DNA from: Thermoplasmata archaeon
Lineage (GTDB): Archaea; Thermoplasmatota; Thermoplasmata; Lutacidiplasmatales; UBA184
Direction: 5' to 3'
Assembly (NCBI GenBank): GCA_049799275.1
Contig: JBARHO010000069.1
Location: 1-53,953 of the forward strand
DNA length: 53,953 nucleotides
The notes under the pieces are model-generated. The model was given only the letters and a program-made list of their open reading frames with translations. It was not told the DNA's origin and ran no database searches. Shown piece by piece: positions 1-7,493 of the stretch. A program made the position numbers and the translations under genes. Numbering within the stretch: position 1 is the first letter of the stretch; the number at the start of each line of letters is the position of its first letter.

Positions 1-464
1 ATATTGGCGGCTCCAACGTTCTCGCTGCCTACGACCTGCTCTTCTTCGACTCGCTCCTGATGCTCTCGTTCCTCCTCGTATCGTTCGCGATCGCCGTGAA
101 CCTCCGTCTTCCGACGCACTTTGTCGGGATGCTGGGCGTTGTGATCGGGTTCGGCGTCATGTATTACGGGTACCGCGGCTACACGCTTTCTCTGACGGAG
201 GAACCGTTCGAGACCCTGCTCCTGTTCCTCGCGTTCGGTGGGGTTGCCGTTTTGAGCTACCCCGTTACACTGTTCGTCGACTGGTTCGTCGTCGGCCCTT
301 CCGTCCCGGGCGCTGACCCGCTCCCCAGCGGCCCGACTCCCAGGTATCCGAAAATGTGGATGGCACTCCTTGGCCTCTTCATGGTCGTGGTCATATTGGC
401 CGGCATTGCCGCACTCCTTTACGGTTTCGATACGGCGTGGGCCCACCTCGCGAGCCCCCCCTGA
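1..464 (+). CDS. multi-pass membrane protein, 5' end probably cut by window edge
   Basis: The frame of ORF 60..464 stays open back to nt 3, so the gene may start upstream. It has several hydrophobic helices (FLLVSFAIAV, LGVVIGFGVMYYGY, LLLFLAFGGVAVLSY, LLGLFMVVVILAGIAALLY). No family recognised. Confidence 0.5.
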   Translation, partial: IGGSNVLAAYDLLFFDSLLMLSFLLVSFAIAVNLRLPTHFVGMLGVVIGFGVMYYGYRGYTLSLTEEPFETLLLFLAFGGVAVLSYPVTLFVDWFVVGPSVPGADPLPSGPTPRYPKMWMALLGLFMVVVILAGIAALLYGFDTAWAHLASPP

Positions 465-627
465 ACACGACCACTCCACGCCCGGATCGGACGATCACGG
501 GGCCCGTACGCGGCCCAACGACCCATTGGAAGGGGTCTCCATCGGATCGAACGAGCGATCGCGCATCGGCACCGACCGATCCGGGTCTCTAGTTCGATAC
601 AAATACAAGTGAGGATGCCGGAGGAAC

Positions 628-960
628 GTGGCCTCCGGATACCGGTCGCTCCTGTGGTACCTCCTGGTCGGGACGAGAGGGGGACCCAATCGGATCCGGA
701 TCCTGGAGGAATTGCAGATATGCCCTCGTAATGCCCACCAGCTTGCCGAAGTTCTGGGAATGGACTATCGAACGATCCGACACCACGCCCAGCTGCTTGA
801 GAAGAACGGATTGATCCACCGTCCGATCGGTCACGCGTACGCTTCCCCGTACGAGCTTTCCCCCGATCTGACCATCCACTTCGAGCTCATCCAACAGATC
901 CGGACGATCGGACCCGCCCGGCGCTCCCGCGCCGCCAATGCTCGGGGTGATTCGACATGA
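628..960 (+). CDS. ArsR-like winged-helix transcriptional regulator
   Basis: GTG start. The sequence LLWYLLVGTRGGPNRIRILEEL...NAHQLAEVLGMDYRTIRHHAQLLEKNGLI fits the wHTH pattern of small archaeal ArsR-type regulators. Confidence 0.65.
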   Translation: MASGYRSLLWYLLVGTRGGPNRIRILEELQICPRNAHQLAEVLGMDYRTIRHHAQLLEKNGLIHRPIGHAYASPYELSPDLTIHFELIQQIRTIGPARRSRAANARGDST

Positions 961-1273
961 GCTCACGACCGAAGAGGGGGCATTCGTGAGCAGTTGGTTC
1001 ATGGATGCCAGCGTCGTGCTGGGCGTCACGAACATCGGGCTCACCGTGCTCCTGTTCACGCTCTACCGTCGCATCTATGCCGAGACGAAGGCCGCCTTCA
1101 GCCTCGCGCTCGTGGCATTCGCCGGTGCCTTCCTCGTGCAGAACCTGCTCGTCGTCTACTCCTACCTGGCCACCATGCCGCTGATCCCGGACCCGCTCAC
1201 CCCCTATCTGTTCGCGATCGGTGCCTCGGAGGCGTTTGGCCTCGTAGCCATCGTCTGGACCGCTTCTCAGTAG
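938..1273 (+). CDS. small 3-TM membrane protein, probably co-transcribed with the regulator
   Basis: Overlaps the regulator gene by 23 nt. Three hydrophobic segments (VVLGVTNIGLTVLLFTLY, LALVAFAGAFLVQNLLVVYSYL, YLFAIGASEAFGLVAIVW). Confidence 0.55.
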   Translation: MLGVIRHELTTEEGAFVSSWFMDASVVLGVTNIGLTVLLFTLYRRIYAETKAAFSLALVAFAGAFLVQNLLVVYSYLATMPLIPDPLTPYLFAIGASEAFGLVAIVWTASQ

Positions 1274-1464
1274 ACCGGCACCGGACGATCCGTTATCGCC
1301 GGGCCATCTTTCGAGGTCGGGGATCGCCTCAAGGAACCGAGGGCGATGCCGCCGGACCCTCTCAGCGACCCCGCGCGGCGTGGGCATTGGAACGAATTGG
1401 GGTGAGAGTGGTCACGGATCTTGAAAATGACCTATGTACCGCGGCACCGGTCCCTCGCCTCAAT

Positions 1465-2589
1465 ATGAAGGCCGTCGGAGTGACCCTCTTTGCGGCGGTG
1501 CTGGCCGTCGTCGTGTTCGCGCTCGCGGGCGCTAGCGCGACGCCGGTCGGCCCGCACGCGGGGTCGACAGGAGCCGTGTTCGTCATGTCGAACTCGCCCA
1601 GCGGGAACCAAGTTCTGGCATACGAACGTAGCCCGTCAGGTCAGCTCACCTGGATCGAAACGGTCCCCGCTCACGGGAACGGGACCGGGGCCAGCCTCGC
1701 GGACCAGGGGAGCCTCGTGGCGACCCACGATCACGAATGGCTTCTTGCGGTCGATGCGGGAAGCAACCAGATCTCCGTCTTTCGGGTCGATGTCTCGAGC
1801 TCCTCCCACCCCCTGACGTTCCGGGACGTCGTCAGCTCGGGCGGGATCGAACCCGTGAGCATCGCGATCCACCGACCGTTCGTCTACGTGCTCAACGCCG
1901 GGAGCACGATCAGTCAGGGCAACATCGCGGGCTTTCGGCTCCTAGCGGGCGGCCAACTCGTCCCCCTCCCGGGGTCGACCCAGCCGCTGAGCCAGACCGG
2001 TGCGACCGGACCCGCGCAGATCTCCTTCAACCCCTCGGGCACCGTACTGGTCGTGACCGAAAAGGCCACCAGCCTTCTCGATGCGTACACGGTGAACGCG
2101 CAGGGAGTGGCGTCGGGTCCGATCACACACCCCTCGAACGGGAACACGCCGTACGGGTTCGCCTTCGACCCGCAAGGCGTGCTCATCGTGAGCGAGGCGG
2201 GACCGGGAGCGCTCTCGTCCTACTCGGTCTCGAACATGGGCGGGATCGACGGCATCAGCCACTCGGTGACCGACCTTCAGACGGCGCCCTGCTGGGTCGT
2301 CGCGACCGGGAACGATCGGTTCGCTTATACGAGCAATGCAGATAGCGACTCGATCTCGAGCTATGTCATCGGGGGCTCCGGATCCCTCACGCTCCTCCAG
2401 TCGGTGGCAGCGGCCACGAACGCCGGACCGACCGATCTGGCGCTGACCAGTTACGGCGGCTTCCTCTACGTGTACGACTCGGGGGCCCACGACCTCCAGG
2501 GGTTCCATGTCAACGGGGACGGGACCCTGGCATGGGTCGTCACCGCGGGTTCGCTGCCGGCGGGGGCAGAGGGGCTGGTCGCGGTCTAG
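1465..2589 (+). CDS. secreted or anchored 7-bladed beta-propeller lactonase-like protein
   Basis: Internal ATG of ORF 994..2589, chosen because MKAVGVTLFAAVLAVVVFALAGA is a signal/anchor sequence. Repeated motifs such as 'LLAVDAGSNQISVF', 'VYVLNAGS', 'AYTSNADSDSISSY' and 'LYVYDSGAHDLQGF' resemble the lactonase beta-propeller family. Confidence 0.6.
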   Translation: MKAVGVTLFAAVLAVVVFALAGASATPVGPHAGSTGAVFVMSNSPSGNQVLAYERSPSGQLTWIETVPAHGNGTGASLADQGSLVATHDHEWLLAVDAGSNQISVFRVDVSSSSHPLTFRDVVSSGGIEPVSIAIHRPFVYVLNAGSTISQGNIAGFRLLAGGQLVPLPGSTQPLSQTGATGPAQISFNPSGTVLVVTEKATSLLDAYTVNAQGVASGPITHPSNGNTPYGFAFDPQGVLIVSEAGPGALSSYSVSNMGGIDGISHSVTDLQTAPCWVVATGNDRFAYTSNADSDSISSYVIGGSGSLTLLQSVAAATNAGPTDLALTSYGGFLYVYDSGAHDLQGFHVNGDGTLAWVVTAGSLPAGAEGLVAV

Positions 2590-2604
2590 GTACTCTGTCC
2601 GTCT

Positions 2605-2629
2605 CCCCCGGAGGGGAATCCTCCGGGGG
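2605..2629 (+). terminator. perfect 10-bp stem / 5-nt loop hairpin after the propeller gene
   Basis: CCCCCGGAGG-GGAAT-CCTCCGGGGG lies 16 nt after the stop codon and is followed by TCCAACTATTTCCTC. Its role in archaeal termination is not proven. Confidence 0.35.
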
Positions 2630-2725
2630 TCCAACTATTTCCTCGGCTACGCGCCGAACGCGGCCCCTCTTTCTCGAGTGTTGAATGCGTGGACCAAGGG
2701 GCCGCTCAGCCGTCCGATCGCGGTC

Positions 2726-3184
2726 TCACTTCGACTTCGGACCCTTTCCGTGGGCCTTGATCCGGTAGACCAGCACCGGGCACGATGCATGGTGGACGAT
2801 GGCCTCCGATACACTTCCCAGGAAAAGGCGACCCGCGGCGGAGAGGCCCCGAGCGCCGACCACCACGAGATCCTGGGCATGCTGCTCGAGGTACTCGATG
2901 ATCGCCTCGATCACGTAGCCTTCCAGGATCACGGTCGTCACCGATCCGATCCCGGTCCGGTCGATCTTCTCGACCCGAGCGCTCACGGTCGCGCGGTAGG
3001 CTTCCACGTCTTCGGCCGTAAGACGAGGGACGGGGATCGGTCCGGGAAAGGGAACCACTTGAATGGGGATGATCGAGAGAACGGTGAGCGCCGATCGGAA
3101 CTGCTTGGCCAGCTCCACCGCGGCCGTGAGGGCATGCTCGCCTTGCTCCGAACCGTCGAACGCTACGAGGATCTTCTGGAACAT
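2726..3184 (-). CDS. universal stress protein (UspA family)
   Basis: Starts MFQKILVAFDGSEQGEHAL and ends with VVVGARGLSAAGRLFLGSVSEAIVHHASCPVLV, the typical Usp ATP-binding motif G-x2-G-x9-G-S. Confidence 0.85.
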   Translation of the reverse strand: MFQKILVAFDGSEQGEHALTAAVELAKQFRSALTVLSIIPIQVVPFPGPIPVPRLTAEDVEAYRATVSARVEKIDRTGIGSVTTVILEGYVIEAIIEYLEQHAQDLVVVGARGLSAAGRLFLGSVSEAIVHHASCPVLVYRIKAHGKGPKSK

Positions 3185-3358
3185 GGGCTCGCTGCCATCC
3201 GGTGAATCGGTTCGGGTAGATAGAGGGGACGGCGAGCAGATCGGTGCGCAGCGCTCCGGGGATCGGACCGGTTGAGACCGTTCCCGTGTCTCGTGTTCGC
3301 GGCGCCCTTGGACCAGCGGGCGGGGGCTTGGGACACTAGGGGGATCTACCGGCCGTTC

Positions 3359-3922
3359 TCAAGCATCCAGCGTGGACCCCTCAGAGGGCACTCGGAGGTG
3401 GGACTCGCTTTCCAGGACATACCGGTACTCGCTGATCGAGAACCGATGTTGGTCCGGACCCTGCGATAGCCTACGGTCGAAGTCGAGCAGCTGCTTCGCA
3501 AGCCATTCGAAATCCGCGAAGATCAGTGGGTCGTTGCTCTCCCTTCTCCACTTGTCGAAAAGGTCCTCCGGGCCGCGCATGGAGAGATGATAGGCGTTGA
3601 TCCATGTGCCAAAGGCGTTCCAGACCATCCGCTTCTCGAGGACGCCTGACCGAGTGAGGGCCCCGATCAGCTCGAAGAAGATACCCACCTCCCAATCGTC
3701 CGGCTCCTCTCCTCGTTGCTCCTTGAGGAGCCAAGTGCTGAGGTCCTTCCGGGCCTGGCGCATCCGCGGACTGTAGAACCGTTCGCGGAGGTCGAGCAGG
3801 GTCGTGGAGGAATGGAGGCGCTGGGCCTGTCGGAGCTGCCAGTACGCGAACCCCAGTGTTCCGATGACCAGGAGCCAGGTCCCGAGGATGGTCGCCCAGG
3901 TCGTGACGTCGAGGGTGGACAT
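3359..3922 (-). CDS. single-pass membrane protein, DUF4760-like (from memory)
   Basis: An N-terminal TM helix (WATILGTWLLVIGTLGFAYW) is followed by an ~150-aa helical soluble part. The family assignment is unverified. Confidence 0.5.
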   Translation of the reverse strand: MSTLDVTTWATILGTWLLVIGTLGFAYWQLRQAQRLHSSTTLLDLRERFYSPRMRQARKDLSTWLLKEQRGEEPDDWEVGIFFELIGALTRSGVLEKRMVWNAFGTWINAYHLSMRGPEDLFDKWRRESNDPLIFADFEWLAKQLLDFDRRLSQGPDQHRFSISEYRYVLESESHLRVPSEGSTLDA

Positions 3923-4028
3923 GGCGATGGAAAGTTGCCCGCGTGAAAGAACCTTCCCCTCAAAAAGGATAGAGGAGGACGGGCATCAGGTAGAGAGAAG
4001 AGCCCGAACCGCGTCCCGAACGCGTACC

Positions 4029-4823
4029 ATGGGAGCCGGATCACATCCGACCGTGCCGGCCATCGAACGCGGCGAGGGGAGGCCCGTGGTGTTCCTGCAC
4101 GGCTACCCCTTGAGCCATGAGATCTGGCTACCGCAGCTAGAGACCCTCTCTGCGCGTGATCGCGTCGTGCTGCTCGACCTCCCGGGCTATGGTCTCGCGC
4201 GGGACTGGCCGGTCCCCGATTCCCTCTCGGGGTTTGCCGAGAGCGTTCACCAGACGTTCGCCCGGCAGTTCACGTCCCCCGTCGTGGTGGTCGGGCATTC
4301 GTTCGGCGGGTACGTGGCGTTGGAATTGTTCCGGAACCACCCCGAACAGTTCCAGGCGATCGTGCTGACCAATACCCGCTCGGAACCGGATGGTGTTGAG
4401 GCGAGGGAGAAGCGGCTGGCGACGGCAAAAAGGCTCGAGGATCCCTCGCAGTTCCTCGATATCGAAGGGACCATCCGCGGCCTCTTTTCCCCGAGGACCG
4501 GGGAGGCGGCCGGGCCACTATTGGAGACGGCCCGCACCATCGTCCGGAACGTCCCATCGCGAACCATCATCGGCACTCTCAAGGCGATCGCCGGACGCTC
4601 CGATCTCACCCCAGTGCTCTCCACCATCCATGTCCCGGCCCTCGTGATCTGGGGAGAGGAGGACCGCCTGATCCCCCCTGCACAGAGCCGGTCGATGGTC
4701 GCCCGGATACCGGGAAGCTCGGGGGTCGGCATTCCCGAGGCCGGACATCTTCCGTCCCTGGAGGCTCCCGAGGCATTCGCACGCACGTTGAACGGATTTC
4801 TCGACCGTTTGCCGTCGGTCTGA
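4029..4823 (+). CDS. alpha/beta hydrolase
   Basis: Internal ATG of ORF 3804..4823. Contains VVFLHGYP, the nucleophile elbow VVGHSFGG and a C-terminal IPEAGHLPSLE (catalytic His). Confidence 0.85.
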   Translation: MGAGSHPTVPAIERGEGRPVVFLHGYPLSHEIWLPQLETLSARDRVVLLDLPGYGLARDWPVPDSLSGFAESVHQTFARQFTSPVVVVGHSFGGYVALELFRNHPEQFQAIVLTNTRSEPDGVEAREKRLATAKRLEDPSQFLDIEGTIRGLFSPRTGEAAGPLLETARTIVRNVPSRTIIGTLKAIAGRSDLTPVLSTIHVPALVIWGEEDRLIPPAQSRSMVARIPGSSGVGIPEAGHLPSLEAPEAFARTLNGFLDRLPSV

Positions 4824-5005
4824 CCTCCGGCCCGCTCTTTCACGACCGCGGGCGTTCCATCACCGTTCGCGCGGAGCACGGTCGTGCCAACCCCACCCCC
4901 CCGGTACCGTCGCTCCGATACCTAGGTTCGGCGGATCTCAGAGGGGACGTGGATCCCGCTGCCGGTGGACCGGGCAGGAGTTCAGGCCCAGGGCCCTCCG
5001 CTTCC

Positions 5006-5314
5006 TCAGCTCTTCGTTCTTCGCCCGGCTGCTCCTTTCTCGTGCTGAAGGATCTTCTCCAGTTCTTTGACGTTCGTCCTGAGGTAGACCAGGTCGGAGT
5101 GGAACATGGCCACTCCCCTCCTCAATCGTGCGAACTCCTGTGAGAACCGTTCGGACCGCAAGGGGCGCTCGAGCGAGCCCAAATGTCGGAGCAGCGGTTC
5201 GATCCTCAGTTCGGACCAATCTGTTCTAGCACCCAGCCGCGCGAAGCCCTCTCTCAGGTCCTCCAGGTCCCTCCTCAGTGCGGGTAAACTCGCCTTGTAG
5301 ACCCTATCGACCAT
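5006..5314 (-). CDS. hypothetical helical protein (102 aa)
   Basis: ORF with plausible codon usage and a charged, helical sequence. No motif recognised. Confidence 0.4.
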   Translation of the reverse strand: MVDRVYKASLPALRRDLEDLREGFARLGARTDWSELRIEPLLRHLGSLERPLRSERFSQEFARLRRGVAMFHSDLVYLRTNVKELEKILQHEKGAAGRRTKS

Positions 5315-5604
5315 TTCCTCACCTCGAGCCGTTGATCGACCGTCCCTGATCCGGCGTCATCGCTCTCCTACCCTTTCGTGGATCGATCACGATCGTTACC
5401 GCTGGATACGGGATCCGCGGATGGTCATCAGGGCTCCTACACCATCCCTCTCGTCTCCGGGATCCTGACCCGGCTATCCCGGAACGAAGGGGCCTCGAAT
5501 TGGTTCGCTCCGCTCAGATCCGTCCTCCGTCGACGCCCGGGAGGTCTCGACCGAACGTTTCTTGACCCCGGTGGGATCGGGTCGACCGAAGGGGCGACCC
5601 AAGG

Positions 5605-6198
5605 ATGACGGACGCTCGCCCACCGACGCCCCCGACGACCGACGATCAGCTCCGTCAGGCCACGGTGGGGGAACCGACGCGCCTGGACGGCCCGATCCGG
5701 CTCGCGGAATACGACCCGAGATGGCCCCAACTGTTCGCCCGCGAGGCCCAGCGGATCCGGACAACATTGGGCGACCGGGCGATCCGGATCGAACACGTCG
5801 GCTCGACGGCGGTTCCCGGGCTCGTGGCCAAGCCCATCATCGATATCATCCTCGTCGTCACGGATTCCAGTGACGAGCCATCGTATGCTCCCGCCCTCGA
5901 GGGGGCCGGCTACGTGCTCCGGATCCGGGAGCCCGGCTGGCACGAGCACCGTCTCTTCAAGGGACCCGTTACCGCCGTCAACCTTCACGTCTTTTCGTTC
6001 GGCTCGAGCGAGATCGAGTGGACGATCGCGCTGCGGGATCGACTGCGGTCGGATCCGGCCGATCGTGAACTGTACGCTCGGGCCAAGAGGGAGCTCGCGA
6101 GCCGGACCTGGAGGTACGTACAGAACTATGCCGATGCCAAGTCCGAGGTCATCGGGGAGATCCTATCGAGGGCAGGCGCTACGACCACGACGGGCTGA
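5605..6198 (+). CDS. GrpB family protein
   Basis: Contains YDPRWPQLFAREAQRI and IEHVGSTAVPGLVAKPIIDI, hallmarks of GrpB/UPF0157. Confidence 0.8.
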   Translation: MTDARPPTPPTTDDQLRQATVGEPTRLDGPIRLAEYDPRWPQLFAREAQRIRTTLGDRAIRIEHVGSTAVPGLVAKPIIDIILVVTDSSDEPSYAPALEGAGYVLRIREPGWHEHRLFKGPVTAVNLHVFSFGSSEIEWTIALRDRLRSDPADRELYARAKRELASRTWRYVQNYADAKSEVIGEILSRAGATTTTG

Positions 6199-6422
6199 GG
6201 AGAAACTCGAGCATCACCAACAGATCTCAGAGCGACGACCCCCTGGCTTGGCCAAAAGACGGCCTGAGGTGAGCCCGACGCGCTCCGCAGGAAGGGTCCT
6301 GGCCCAATGCGATGTGCCTCCATCGGACCCGGGACCGGGCCAGCGAAGACCATCGACGGTTGGGACGGGGGGGGCGGGGCTCGCTCGGTCAGGGCCGCGC
6401 TCGTCACGGTTCGATACCGCAG

Positions 6423-7406
6423 CTACCCGGGGATCCGGTCGACCCTGGACAGGACCGTGAGCGCCCGGAGGGTGATCATCTTGCTCGGTCGGCCCACGCT
6501 CTCAAAGGCGAGGGGGGTCGGGCGATCCGCCGGATGCGCGGCGTACCAGCGGGCGGCCGGCGGGCCCACGTCGGGATGGACCGCGTCGAGGTTCCATCGG
6601 CCGTCCGCCCGCCGCTTCTTCCGCAGGAGCTCGAGCGCGAGATCGAGACTCGGGTCGTCCCCGTACCCGAGAGCCGTGAGCACGTCGAGGCCGACCAAGA
6701 GGTCGTAGTAGTAATGGACCGGCCAATGGAAGCGGTACCACGGCTCGTACCGCTCTCCCTGGCGGTGCAGCTCCCGATCCAGATAGAACTCGGCCGCTCG
6801 GTCGACACAGGCCTGCATGGACCGGGTCCACTTGGACCGAGGATACGCAGCGAATGCGCTGAGGCCTTCCCACGAGTCGAGGGTCCGCCCCGGAGCGGGT
6901 CGATCACCGAACGACCAGCAGGTCCACCCTCCCTTCGGGTTCGCGGTCCGGACCAACCAGTCGAACGCCTTGCGAACGCGGGGGTCGTCCCCGTACCCGA
7001 ACCGGACCAGCGCCCGGGCCATGTTGCCGGTGTAGCAGTGGTGACCATTCCCGTTGGAGTTGCCGCCGACGCCGCCTCCCTTGAGCGGCGAGCGGGCCAT
7101 CCAGAGCTCGCACGACGCGCGTACCGCGGGGATCGTGCGCGTCGCGCCCAGTTCCGCGAGCACGAGCAGGTTCCAGTTCGTCGCGGTGTACTTCGGCCAG
7201 TAGAGGTTCTTCTCGCGGGCCCACCACCCGGCGGGGTCGCGCCGGGAGAGGATCTCCGCGGCCCATCCAGCCGAAGGGATACGTGCCTTCGCGTCCCGGA
7301 CATCGGGGTCGGCCCCGCTCTTCCCCAGGAGCTGGGTCAACGTGAGATACCGCACCGACGGCTGGTCCGGTTCGAGGAGCCAATCGAGGACCTTCTTGCG
7401 CGTCAC
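6423..7406 (-). CDS. alpha/alpha-toroid protein with prenyltransferase/squalene-cyclase-type repeats (paralogue 1)
   Basis: QW-like repeats (AFDWLVRTANPKGGW, ALELLRKKRRADGRW) and an N-terminal VLDWLLEPDQP. No signal peptide. Close paralogue at 36821..37792. Confidence 0.7.
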   Translation of the reverse strand: MTRKKVLDWLLEPDQPSVRYLTLTQLLGKSGADPDVRDAKARIPSAGWAAEILSRRDPAGWWAREKNLYWPKYTATNWNLLVLAELGATRTIPAVRASCELWMARSPLKGGGVGGNSNGNGHHCYTGNMARALVRFGYGDDPRVRKAFDWLVRTANPKGGWTCWSFGDRPAPGRTLDSWEGLSAFAAYPRSKWTRSMQACVDRAAEFYLDRELHRQGERYEPWYRFHWPVHYYYDLLVGLDVLTALGYGDDPSLDLALELLRKKRRADGRWNLDAVHPDVGPPAARWYAAHPADRPTPLAFESVGRPSKMITLRALTVLSRVDRIPG

Positions 7407-7493
7407 GCTCCCTCGGTCGAGCCCGATGGCCCATATCAGTGCGCCATCTTGGCGACCACTACGGCCGGGATCGCGACCTAGGGTTCCTGCGGA

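Noticed and set aside
994-1464. N-terminal extensions of maximal ORFs (994..1464, 9621..9887, 35887..36594, 52588..52701, 3804..4028, 22269..22778, 50088..50240, 25360..25452)
   Set aside because: The extensions are Arg/Pro-rich, precede obvious signal peptides or conserved N-termini, or overlap upstream genes or the tRNA. Internal starts give proteins of the expected length.
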